This document shows, one piece after another, positions 13,813 through 22,506 of a stretch of 64,000 bases of DNA. Within the stretch, counting starts at the first letter, position 1, and the number at the start of each line of letters is the position of its first letter. Below the pieces are notes generated by a model that saw only the letters and a list, made by a program, of their open reading frames with translations, made no database searches and was not told the origin of the DNA. The position numbers and the translations under genes are program-made. This stretch comes from a virus: IMG/VR virus record IMGVR_UViG_3300002092_000025. One strand, written 5' to 3'.

Positions 13813-13989
13813 ATGGATTGGGATGATCTTGAGCACATAGCGCATCTAGAGCGTGAGATACGAGTATTAGAGTCTCGACTACAGCCCAGCGATACGGGGC
13901 ATATACACACAGCTATAAGTGTATTACGAGAGCGTGTACGTGAGTTGAGTCTACCGTTTGCTGTGGATTTAACAGATGGAATTTGGTAA
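13813..13989 (+). CDS. Conserved 58-aa phage protein (DTGHIHTAISVL)
   Basis: TTGATC-N17-TATATT promoter 6 nt upstream of ATG; absent from the ORF track. Confidence 0.7.
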   Translation: MDWDDLEHIAHLEREIRVLESRLQPSDTGHIHTAISVLRERVRELSLPFAVDLTDGIW

Positions 13990-14078
13990 TGAAAGAAACA
14001 CATACAAGAACTATAGTTAGAATGATTACCTACAGATTAACAGCTTGTTTGCGTATACGTTGGGGAACTGAGCAATAA
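13989..14078 (+). pseudogene. Internally deleted DUF2061-like remnant
   Basis: MKETHTRTIVRMITYRLTA fused directly to CLRIRWG; the central TM part is missing. Confidence 0.5.
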
Positions 14079-14416
14079 TGACATATGTAGTTATGGATAA
14101 TTGTATTAAATGCAAATATATGGATTGCGTGGAAGTTTGTCCAGTTGATTGCTTCTATGAAGGCAACAACATGTTAGTAATCAACCCCGATGAATGTATT
14201 GACTGTGGTGTATGTGAACCCGAGTGTCCAGCTGATGCTATACGTCCCGACACTGCTGCCGATGTTGATTCCTGGATAACATTAAACGACCAGTATAGTC
14301 GTATCTGGCCCAACATAACAATTAAGCGTGAGTCTCCAGCCGATGCCGAGCTGTTTAAGGGCGAGCAGGGTAAGCTAGAGAAGTATTTCAGTCCGGATCC
14401 TGGGCAGGGTGATTAA
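14078..14416 (+). CDS. fdxA: 7Fe ferredoxin FdxA (alphaproteobacterial type)
   Basis: [18 protein letters not shown] and [12 protein letters not shown]; C-terminal WPNIT...[10 protein letters not shown]. Confidence 0.95.
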   Translation: MTYVVMDNCIKCKYMDCVEVCPVDCFYEGNNMLVINPDECIDCGVCEPECPADAIRPDTAADVDSWITLNDQYSRIWPNITIKRESPADAELFKGEQGKLEKYFSPDPGQGD

Positions 14417-14431
14417 CATTGTAAATACTCT

Positions 14432-14545
14432 ATGTTGCGTATTATGCTGTATTCTTTCTTATTATGTTTAGTTTCCTGGGGATTAGTCCTGTGGTATCTA
14501 TATGGGGTCGTGGTTTATATGAGCATGATCTCTATAATCTGCTAG
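14432..14545 (+). CDS. Possible 37-aa membrane peptide
   Basis: TAAATA 4 nt before ATG; fully hydrophobic. Confidence 0.4.
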   Translation: MLRIMLYSFLLCLVSWGLVLWYLYGVVVYMSMISIIC

Positions 14546-14605
14546 TATTATATTATAAAAAAATCTGCTTAAAAACCGCGCTACGCTCCGCGTTGCTTGG
14601 CCCTA

Positions 14606-16009
14606 TCACTCACCTATGCTCAATTTATAAGAGAATTTCTTACCTTCTTTAAAGGTCTGAGTAGTTGTAGTAGTTCCCTGAGTCTTTTTGTTTTTCCAAG
14701 CTGGTTGCCATTTCTGTCCTGGCTGTAGTTTAGCTGGTGCTGCTTGCGGTGTAGCTGGCTGCTGTTGAGCAGGTTGTTGTAGTTGACTTACGTTACGTTT
14801 AAATCCACCAGCTGCTGGTTGTTGTACAGCAACTCCTGGTTCAGCAGTTGGCACTGTTCCTGGTCCTGGTTGAGCTACTGGTTGAGCAGGAGTCTTAGAT
14901 CCAAATGCACCTTTGATAGCTGCTCCTGCTTTACCTATCGCACCTTTTACTGCACCCATTGCACCGCCTGTTGCGGCTCCCCCTGGTGTTGTTTTGCTGG
15001 CAGCACCTGCCGGAGCTGGCTCAGCTTTTGTTTTCTTCTCGCCGCCTGCCGCCGCGCCGGTTACTGCGCCTTGTACTGCTGCTGACAAGTTCTTTGCGAT
15101 ATCTTGCATTTGTGCTGCGGAAGACAATATCTGGTCTTTCTGCGCTTCTAGTGTTTTATTGACTGCTACAATACCGTCTAACCATTTTTTATAATCCGGT
15201 GAAGCAAAATAAGCACTGATCTGATTAAACTGTTGTTGGGCCGATGCATAATCGCTCGATTTTGCTGCCTTCACGGCTGTATTCCACCAACCCTGTAGTT
15301 TCTGAGCCTCATCAGCTGGGATCATAGTACGCAGATGGCCTGCTGCGCTACCACTTCTACTACCTCCCATCTCTATCCTCTGATAATCTAAATTAGCTTC
15401 GATGACATCTCTGATACCCTTTACAGGGTTCATCTGTATATGCATATTGGCTATAAAATCACCTAGTTCACGTATACCTATCCCTGCGAGCCAACCAAAT
15501 GCTGCGCCTTTTACACTCTTACCTATAGCAGTAGAAGCCTTCTCACCTTTAAGCAATTCATTACCTGCTCGTAGCACTGCGCCAGCTGCTGCACCGCCTG
15601 CTGGTCCTGTTACAAGACTTGCTACCGCAGTTAGCATACCTATGATAAGTCCTTGTTTAACTGGATTTTGTTTAGCCCATTCTCCGTATTTACGAGCAGT
15701 ATCGGCTAACTTAGGATTAGCTGCACCAATCTTTTGAAGTATACCGTCTACTTTTATATCAAAGCCCTGTACTGGTGCAGTTTTCTGTGCTAATTGTCCC
15801 AGTCTATTGATAGCATCGTTAGCTGTCTTTACACCTGATACACCTGCACCTACTGCGGATTTTACAGCGTTCCATACACCTGCTTCATCTAATCGACCTT
15901 CGTTTAGCATAACTTGTCTTAAAGCAAGTGCTTCAAACAGTGCAGCCATTTCTTTGATTTCTGCTTCTTGTCGGCGACTGTTATCAACTATATCGATGTA
16001 ATTTCTCAT
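14606..16009 (-). CDS. Ala/Gly-rich virion protein, candidate ejected/internal protein
   Basis: Start re-assigned to MRNYIDIV (16009) after TAAATA; LNEG/LDEA motifs; hydrophobic GxxxG helices. Confidence 0.75.
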   Translation of the reverse strand: MRNYIDIVDNSRRQEAEIKEMAALFEALALRQVMLNEGRLDEAGVWNAVKSAVGAGVSGVKTANDAINRLGQLAQKTAPVQGFDIKVDGILQKIGAANPKLADTARKYGEWAKQNPVKQGLIIGMLTAVASLVTGPAGGAAAGAVLRAGNELLKGEKASTAIGKSVKGAAFGWLAGIGIRELGDFIANMHIQMNPVKGIRDVIEANLDYQRIEMGGSRSGSAAGHLRTMIPADEAQKLQGWWNTAVKAAKSSDYASAQQQFNQISAYFASPDYKKWLDGIVAVNKTLEAQKDQILSSAAQMQDIAKNLSAAVQGAVTGAAAGGEKKTKAEPAPAGAASKTTPGGAATGGAMGAVKGAIGKAGAAIKGAFGSKTPAQPVAQPGPGTVPTAEPGVAVQQPAAGGFKRNVSQLQQPAQQQPATPQAAPAKLQPGQKWQPAWKNKKTQGTTTTTQTFKEGKKFSYKLSIGE

Positions 16010-16035
16010 TATGGTATCTTTCCCCAGTGATAGAT

Positions 16036-16050
16036 TATTTATTATAAATA
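16036..16050. promoter_or_regulatory. Back-to-back T4-type late promoters
   Basis: TATTTATTATAAATA gives TATAAATA on + and TAAATA on -. Confidence 0.7.
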
Positions 16051-16055
16051 ATAGT

Positions 16056-16421
16056 ATGAGAGCAAATGAATTCATAGCGGAAGATGTACATAGGATGCCC
16101 GACGACCATAAGTCATCGATTAAAGGTGCTATCACTACCCCTAAGGGTAATATGAGTACAGGATCTGCTTATCTCAACTATCGTATGGGTATCGCAATGG
16201 CTGGTGCACCAGAGTTTCCTACTAAAGCAACTAATGAAATAGGCGGTGATCCGTTATACAGCACATACACCGATGCTGAATTCGATATTATCAATTACGC
16301 TGCTAAACAAGTTGGTGCTGCTCCTGTTAAGAAAATAACCAACAACCGCAGCGAAGAACTCAGCAATACTAACAAAGTTAGCCCAGTTGCTAAGATAAAA
16401 CGCAACAAGTACGGCGTATAA
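16056..16421 (+). CDS. Candidate internal head protein
   Basis: Start re-assigned to MRANEFIAE, 5 nt after TATAAATA. Confidence 0.8.
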   Translation: MRANEFIAEDVHRMPDDHKSSIKGAITTPKGNMSTGSAYLNYRMGIAMAGAPEFPTKATNEIGGDPLYSTYTDAEFDIINYAAKQVGAAPVKKITNNRSEELSNTNKVSPVAKIKRNKYGV

Positions 16422-16449
16422 ACAATCTAACATGACAGTATGATGACAC

Positions 16450-16526
16450 TATGCGTTTTTCGCATACCTGATCTACGCTGCGCTGCAACATTTTTCCTTG
16501 CGTTGCCATATAAATATTGTTATAGT
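16450..16526 (+). promoter_or_regulatory. Regulated promoter with LysR-type palindrome, PhaR-like box and sigma70 elements
   Basis: TATGCG-N5-CGCATA 16450-16466; TGCGCTGCA 16479-16487; TTGCGT-N17-TATAGT; internal TATAAATA. Confidence 0.55.
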
Positions 16527-16556
16527 ACAGCATAGACAAACACACAGGAGACAGTC

Positions 16557-16736
16557 ATGTTACTAACATTTTTATCAAGCGTTAACGCTGCAATCAAGCG
16601 TTATTTCGAATACCGTAAGACAGTTTATGAACTCAACCAATTAACCAATCGTGATCTACGTGATCTCGGTATTGCCCGTTGCGATATTGAATTCATCGCA
16701 CGTAAGCATAGTACAGGAGCATTTAAAGTATCATGA
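16557..16736 (+). CDS. DUF1127 (YjiS-like) small protein
   Basis: YRKTVYELNQLTNRDLRDLGIARCDI; AGGAG RBS; absent from the ORF track. Confidence 0.88.
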   Translation: MLLTFLSSVNAAIKRYFEYRKTVYELNQLTNRDLRDLGIARCDIEFIARKHSTGAFKVS

Positions 16737-16810
16737 TCGCACTTGTATTTTTATTAACCGATGCTATAGAAAATCTATATCACAATCTAGTGATAGGTAA
16801 ATCATTATGA
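16733..16810 (+). CDS. 25-aa microprotein (MIALVFLL)
   Basis: ATGA coupling on both sides. Confidence 0.5.
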   Translation: MIALVFLLTDAIENLYHNLVIGKSL

Positions 16811-16908
16811 TCGCTCTATTAGTCAGTATCTATAACTTCATATTAGAATCTAGAACACGTCAAGTCGATGAAATGATTCGCACTGGACGTATTCCACGCT
16901 ACTTCTAA
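16807..16908 (+). CDS. 33-aa microprotein (MIALLVSI)
   Basis: ATGA coupling. Confidence 0.55.
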   Translation: MIALLVSIYNFILESRTRQVDEMIRTGRIPRYF

Positions 16909-16938
16909 AAAAACAGTACACACACAGAGGAGAAAACC

Positions 16939-17157
16939 ATGTACTCATTAGACACCTATATCGACACTATCCAGAATACTAAGAAGACAGTCACTAAGCA
17001 ATTAGTATCCGACGAGACTCTACAAAATACTCTAGTTGGCATGATCGACGCACAGACAACTGTTGCTAAGACATTTACTAATGATCTTATTAAGAGCACA
17101 AAGCAGTTTAATGATAATGTCTGGTCTGTTATGAAATCTTTTACAAAATCAGCTTAA
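16939..17157 (+). CDS. Small helical protein, possibly phasin-like
   Basis: GAGGAG RBS; amphipathic helical composition (IDTIQNTKK...IDAQT). Confidence 0.7.
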   Translation: MYSLDTYIDTIQNTKKTVTKQLVSDETLQNTLVGMIDAQTTVAKTFTNDLIKSTKQFNDNVWSVMKSFTKSA

Positions 17158-17375
17158 TAGCGATTGTAAGATTCGATATCGCTAAACTTTAAATCAAACA
17201 GGAGCGCACTGTTAGCGTCGGGGAATTCAACCTCAAACACGCTAACAATCGCTCCTGTTCCTTCACGGAAGTAGCTATAAGTGACTTTAACATCTTTATG
17301 ATCTATTAACCAATCATGGACTTCGCATTCGCGTTCCATCGGTAGATCAACGAACTTATAGATCCTCGTCGCCAC
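17154..17375 (-). CDS. Hypothetical protein
   Basis: Ends FPDANSALLFDLKF; overlaps the helicase end. Confidence 0.7.
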   Translation of the reverse strand: MATRIYKFVDLPMERECEVHDWLIDHKDVKVTYSYFREGTGAIVSVFEVEFPDANSALLFDLKFSDIESYNRY

Positions 17376-18771
17376 TGCCTAGATTTCCTAACAATTCTCT
17401 TAATTTACTAGATCCGGTCTCAGCACGTACTCTACCCATTTCTTTAATAGGATCTGCTTCATCGCTTGCTCTACTAACAGTTGTTCTGCTCTTAATACTC
17501 TCAGCGATACGATTACGTCCACCGTTGGGATTATATTCATCGTCGCCGTCTTCGCAGTCTGTTATCCTTAGTGTATCGGGATCAAACGCTAGATCTACCT
17601 TCTGCCCTACACCACTACTGGATCTTGTTTTCATGAACTGTATCTGATAACGTCCACGCTCACGCATAGCACGGCTTGTAAAGATACCGATCACATTATC
17701 TGCTGTCTGGATCTTAGATAGTCCACCTGAGATATGGCTATGATCAAATTCTACTTCTTCGACTGCTGCTCTGTTTAACTGACTCGCTGTTACAGTGATA
17801 GCACCAATCTCCATCGCAAAGTTTCTCAGTTCTTCACTCACATACTTGTCTTTGATAAACAGATTTTCCGGACTGATCTTAATAGATATAGGCATAAGCA
17901 AGTCTAGATAATCAATTAATATAACATCCGGAACATGTCCCTTACGTATGCTATATTCCTTAACATATGCTCTTAGGTCATTGATATTCTTACCACTGGG
18001 CATATATTTGACCTGTATAGCACCCGATTTCTTACCTGCAACTCTAACTTTAAGTTCTACTTCGTCTATACTTTTAAAAATTTCACGTGTAGTAATACCC
18101 GTGATCATACTATCGATACGCATACTAGTCAATGCTTCACTAAGTTCTAGTGTAACATATAGTACATTAAGATTAACTGTTGCGAAGTTAACTGCTAGAT
18201 TCTGTAAGAACAAACTCTTACCAGCACCCGATCCACCACAGAATATATTAAGTTCGCCTCGATTGAACCCGCCATATAGTTTCTGATCGACTGCTTTCCA
18301 CCCTGTGCTCAACTGTCCATTGTTATCTTTAAGGGCCATCAGTCTTGCTCTAGGATCTAAGAAGTAATCAGTACCCATATCTTTAGCTAGACTGATCTGT
18401 ACGGCTGCTTTAATCTTAGCTTCAACTGGACCATAGTCGCCTTTTGCTAATAGATCTGCTGATTCTAATATAGCTCTTTCTAGTGCTTTATGTCTAGAGA
18501 ATCTTTCAAATTCGTCCAATAACCAGTCAAAGTTTTCTTTAGGAATATCTGTCGCATCTTGTAAGGCTATGTTAGTTTCTGCGCTGATGATTCTCAGTTC
18601 GGGCATAACTTTGTATTTGTCTACGTAGTCTTTTAGATATTCGGCGACTGTTTGTAATCTACGATCAAAGTTATTTGGATCAAAGATATTCTGACAACGT
18701 ACAAATGTCTCAGCATCTGCCAAAAACATTTCAAGATATAGTTTCTGTATATCATAATTATAATCAGTCAT
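17356..18771 (-). CDS. dnaB: Replicative DnaB/gp41-like helicase
   Basis: Walker A GGSGAGKS, LIDYLD, TASQLNR, KTR. Confidence 0.95.
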   Translation of the reverse strand: MTDYNYDIQKLYLEMFLADAETFVRCQNIFDPNNFDRRLQTVAEYLKDYVDKYKVMPELRIISAETNIALQDATDIPKENFDWLLDEFERFSRHKALERAILESADLLAKGDYGPVEAKIKAAVQISLAKDMGTDYFLDPRARLMALKDNNGQLSTGWKAVDQKLYGGFNRGELNIFCGGSGAGKSLFLQNLAVNFATVNLNVLYVTLELSEALTSMRIDSMITGITTREIFKSIDEVELKVRVAGKKSGAIQVKYMPSGKNINDLRAYVKEYSIRKGHVPDVILIDYLDLLMPISIKISPENLFIKDKYVSEELRNFAMEIGAITVTASQLNRAAVEEVEFDHSHISGGLSKIQTADNVIGIFTSRAMRERGRYQIQFMKTRSSSGVGQKVDLAFDPDTLRITDCEDGDDEYNPNGGRNRIAESIKSRTTVSRASDEADPIKEMGRVRAETGSSKLRELLGNLGSGDEDL

Positions 18772-18776
18772 TCGTT

Positions 18777-18805
18777 ATTATATAACCTTTGTTTGTGTAG
18801 ATCAA
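18777..18805 (-). promoter_or_regulatory. Sigma70 promoter giving a leaderless helicase mRNA
   Basis: TTGATC-N17-TATAAT, 5 nt before ATG. Confidence 0.65.
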
Positions 18806-20250
18806 TATACATTTACGTAATATGTATCTGCAAATGCACGAGCATCAACGAGATCGTTTACTATAGGTTGTCCTTTGATATTAAGGCTAGTATTAAGCAA
18901 TACAGGACACCCGGTGGCTTCGTACCATTCTTCTAATAGCAATCGGAATCCGTGATTACCTGCAGGAACAGTCTGCACTCTACTAGTACCATCGTGATGT
19001 ATCGCAGCTGGTATCAGTTCTGGTTGTTTACACTTTACTGCATACTGCATAAAACGAGAGGTGTTGTTGTTTAAATTAAAATAATCATCTGCGAATTCTT
19101 CTAGTATAGCAGGAGCAAACGGACGGAACTGTTGTCTTTTCTTGATATTGTTAACTTTATCTTTCATCTCTTGTGTGCGTGGATCTGCTAACAAACTTCT
19201 ATTACCTAGAGCACGTGGGCCAAATTCTGCACGACCGTTAGCAACTCCGACAGCTTTCTTAGCCAATAGATCTGCTAATATCTTCTTAACAGGGTATTCT
19301 CTCTTTATATCATATCCCCAGAAGCAGTCATTCCACGTTAGATGTTTTTGACTATGTGCTAGTACAGCGCCTATAGCAGATCCACTATCTCCCGGATTGG
19401 GAAATATCCACACGTTCTCGAAATACTTTGATGCTATAGTGTTAGCAACACAATTAAGCGCACAGCCTCCAGCTAGTGCTATATTTGTTTTGTCTGTTTT
19501 CTCTCTAACCAGTATTAACAGTTTTTCAAACTCATCTTCGTAGAGTTTCTGTGTTGCCGCTGCGATATCAAAGTGATCTTGTATAGTGTTTAGTTCTTGT
19601 GCCCATTCCATACAACCTCGGTGTAGATTAACAGCTATGCCGTTATCTTTCCACATATCGTTGCGTATACGATCTATCAATCGAGTAGGATCGCCATATG
19701 CTGCCATACCCATAAGTATATATTCATCTTCTTGCGGTTTAAGACCTATACGCTGTGTCATAGCACTATAGAATAGTCCTAGACTATTTGGGTATGTACG
19801 GGTCCAAATCTTTTTAGGAGTACTGTTATTATCTACCCAGATACTAGTAGTATCCCATTCCCCGATGCTGTCAATAACCAGTGTAGCACAATCAGTAAAT
19901 GGTGCAGTGTAGTATGCTGCGGCTGCATGTGAAGTATGATGATCGACAAAAGTTACGGGAGCATGTATATCGGCAGATTTGAGATATTTGCTGATATTAT
20001 TATCAGACCATTTCCATCCTTGTCCGGCCCATAGTTGTCTAAATGTTTTGCTAATCGGACGTTCATACCAAAATACTTCAAATGGATCTCCCCATTGTTT
20101 TTTTAAGTAACGAACCATGTTTGCAGGTATATCTGGATCGTTCTTAATCTTAGAAAAACGTTCAGTATGCCCCGCGAACAATAATTGATTGTTTTCAAAA
20201 ACCGATATTGCTCCGTCGTGACTGTTAGCCGATATGCCCCATTTTATCAT
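18802..20250 (-). CDS. O-carbamoyltransferase (NodU/CmcH/TobZ family)
   Basis: HD, HHxSHA, DSIGE, LAGGCALN, EFGPRALGNRS, FRPFAP, LNTSLN. Confidence 0.95.
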   Translation of the reverse strand: MIKWGISANSHDGAISVFENNQLLFAGHTERFSKIKNDPDIPANMVRYLKKQWGDPFEVFWYERPISKTFRQLWAGQGWKWSDNNISKYLKSADIHAPVTFVDHHTSHAAAAYYTAPFTDCATLVIDSIGEWDTTSIWVDNNSTPKKIWTRTYPNSLGLFYSAMTQRIGLKPQEDEYILMGMAAYGDPTRLIDRIRNDMWKDNGIAVNLHRGCMEWAQELNTIQDHFDIAAATQKLYEDEFEKLLILVREKTDKTNIALAGGCALNCVANTIASKYFENVWIFPNPGDSGSAIGAVLAHSQKHLTWNDCFWGYDIKREYPVKKILADLLAKKAVGVANGRAEFGPRALGNRSLLADPRTQEMKDKVNNIKKRQQFRPFAPAILEEFADDYFNLNNNTSRFMQYAVKCKQPELIPAAIHHDGTSRVQTVPAGNHGFRLLLEEWYEATGCPVLLNTSLNIKGQPIVNDLVDARAFADTYYVNVY

Positions 20251-20360
20251 TTGTAAATAAACGGATCCCTTTTACGCAGTTCCTTCAATCTCTTTTTAAA
20301 TCTAAAATAATCGACCACATAGGTATAGGGCCATGATATTATTTCCCATATCTTTCTCAT
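20247..20360 (-). CDS. 37-aa conserved peptide (KELRKRDPFIYK)
   Basis: ATGA coupling to both primase and carbamoyltransferase; absent from the ORF track. Confidence 0.75.
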   Translation of the reverse strand: MRKIWEIISWPYTYVVDYFRFKKRLKELRKRDPFIYK

Positions 20361-21322
20361 AGTTTTTTCCTTAATTTGATTTTAAGTTCGTTATCTTCTA
20401 CACTCTTAATTATGCTTATCATTGTAGCTAATCGACCATATTTAAGTACAGCATCTCCAGCATCTTTTACATCATCGGCCCAGTCCGGAAAGCTCACTGA
20501 CCATCCCAGTTCGATAGCACGATCTATCATTCGTTCTCCGGGTTGATCCCTGTCCGGAACTACTATAATTTGTTTACCTGATGCATTAATCTGAGATGCT
20601 TGTTCGGGAGATATCTCGTTAGTTAGTACCGAAACTCCGCCTAGTAATATCGCATCTATACTACCTTCAAATACTAATATGAACTTATGTTCCCAAGGTT
20701 GATTATCTAGATTGAATACAATGTGTGGAGGATGTTCTGTTAGATATTTAGGTTTACCGTCGCCTAGTTTTCTTGCGATATAACCAACGATCTTCTTATC
20801 AACAGTCAGTGGAATTATCATACGATCTACGTATCCTGGACTATCACTCCAATAGAAATCGTGATCTTCTAAAGTCATTCCTCTGCTATAGATATATTCA
20901 ACTATAGGTATAACACGAGCATCTTCTTTTATAAGTTCTGTTGTGATCTTTTGTGTATTTTCGGGCATATCTCTAGGAACAAACGCAGGTATTATTACAT
21001 CTGTATTGCTTTGTCCTGTGGCTTCTATCCTCATACATTCAAATGCTATACGATTGATTTGATCGTCAGTTGCTCCTAACCACTGGAACAGACTTCGCAT
21101 TCTTGTACCAAGAGTTCGTCCAGGCCTCCAACTGGCTTTCCATCCGCAGTTAAAGCAGTGATAGCTTGCACCGTTGTCATCTGTACGGATTATACCGCCA
21201 CGTTTTTTTGTGTCTCGACTTTCGCCGTTGTGTACGCAACAGGGTGCATTAAAACTAGTCCAACCGTTAGGACTCTGTTTCTTCCGTGGAAGTAATGCTA
21301 CTAGTTCGTCATAGACATTCAT
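20357..21322 (-). CDS. DNA primase (gp61/DnaG-like)
   Basis: N-terminal Zn motif (PCC...HCFNC), TOPRIM FEGSID, PDRD, KDAGD. Confidence 0.9.
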   Translation of the reverse strand: MNVYDELVALLPRKKQSPNGWTSFNAPCCVHNGESRDTKKRGGIIRTDDNGASYHCFNCGWKASWRPGRTLGTRMRSLFQWLGATDDQINRIAFECMRIEATGQSNTDVIIPAFVPRDMPENTQKITTELIKEDARVIPIVEYIYSRGMTLEDHDFYWSDSPGYVDRMIIPLTVDKKIVGYIARKLGDGKPKYLTEHPPHIVFNLDNQPWEHKFILVFEGSIDAILLGGVSVLTNEISPEQASQINASGKQIIVVPDRDQPGERMIDRAIELGWSVSFPDWADDVKDAGDAVLKYGRLATMISIIKSVEDNELKIKLRKKL

Positions 21323-21328
21323 ACAAAC

Positions 21329-21357
21329 ATATTAGCTTCTATATAGGATTTTGTCAA
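21329..21357 (-). promoter_or_regulatory. Sigma70 promoter giving a leaderless primase mRNA
   Basis: TTGACA-N17-TAATAT, 6 nt before ATG. Confidence 0.65.
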
Positions 21358-22111
21358 CTGATCCTGTGTTACCAACATCTGGTTTGATGTGGAATCGGAT
21401 CCAATTATAAACACCTTTGAAGTTATGATATGATATATCATCGGTTATAGTTATAGTTTCAATCACTGCCCATTTAATTATATCAGTTACACCATTTTCA
21501 AGTGTTGCCTCTATATCGATTGTTCCCATGAAACCACTAGAATAGAATTGTACTGTGTGCATACTATCGTTGCTGTTAAGTTCGGGGCGAGCCGATAATG
21601 CTGATGTAATAAATCCTGGAGTCTCGCCTATCACACCATACCCTATAAATTCAGTTACTTCTTGTGAATTCAATGCCTGTGGAAAACTATTATTAATTAC
21701 TTCAACTGGAACACTAGCACCGTATTGACTATCACCGTATAGTATAGTTCTAGTACCTGTAGGACTAATCATATATGTACTATAGGTATAGTGTCCACTG
21801 TTTATATGTTCAATATCACCGGCCGGTATAATTATTGATATCAATGAACTAGCACTCGGTACTATTTCAATCGAAGTTATATATTTTAGTTCGGCGGTTT
21901 CGCGATCTAACATCTGCCAATACACAGTATATCCGAGAGCGTTAATAGGTTTTTGATCTCCGTTGAGCAATTTAAGTTCAAACGTATTATCTATACCTTT
22001 GTATAATTTCATCGGTTTGGCATACATATTCCTATATCCTGTTTTTGAGGTTACCAGATCTGTGTAAAGATACTGAATGTTTTTATATAAATACGCAGGC
22101 TGTTTAAGCAT
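21332..22111 (-). CDS. Conserved beta-rich protein, probably structural
   Basis: KGIDN...DQKP motif; TAAATA upstream. Confidence 0.75.
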   Translation of the reverse strand: MLKQPAYLYKNIQYLYTDLVTSKTGYRNMYAKPMKLYKGIDNTFELKLLNGDQKPINALGYTVYWQMLDRETAELKYITSIEIVPSASSLISIIIPAGDIEHINSGHYTYSTYMISPTGTRTILYGDSQYGASVPVEVINNSFPQALNSQEVTEFIGYGVIGETPGFITSALSARPELNSNDSMHTVQFYSSGFMGTIDIEATLENGVTDIIKWAVIETITITDDISYHNFKGVYNWIRFHIKPDVGNTGSVDKILYRS

Positions 22112-22134
22112 TGTGGTGGACCTTTTTTATATTT

Positions 22135-22506
22135 ATGACTAATTTAGCAGATAAGATTCAAGATCAATTTCCCTTTATAACAGTTGTCAAATACGGCAAT
22201 CAAGAGTATGTTGGGATAGTGATTAATCAAGACACTAATATTACCAGTTTATATGATTATAATCTACTCAAATTAGAAGAACAAAAAAGATTATTTTTAG
22301 AGTTAGGTGAAGTATGGTGGTGGGAATCAAACCGTATGTTACCTATTAACATATTCCTTCGTAAAGAGATGGAAGTATTTAGACCCGTTATAAAGAATTT
22401 TACTACCAAAGATGTTAATGTACTAATCGGTCCGGTAGTTAATTTAAACAATATAATGTTGAAGCGTGTTAAACGTAAGAGCATACAGATGTTACGTAAG
22501 CGTTAA
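22135..22506 (+). CDS. Conserved jumbo-phage hypothetical protein (WWWESNR motif)
   Basis: Start re-assigned to MTNLADK; TATAAATA at 22086. Confidence 0.8.
   Translation: MTNLADKIQDQFPFITVVKYGNQEYVGIVINQDTNITSLYDYNLLKLEEQKRLFLELGEVWWWESNRMLPINIFLRKEMEVFRPVIKNFTTKDVNVLIGPVVNLNNIMLKRVKRKSIQMLRKR

Noticed and set aside
14606-16421. Apparent 125-bp head-to-head overlap of two genes
   Set aside because: Disappears when starts are moved to 16009 and 16056 on either side of the double late promoter
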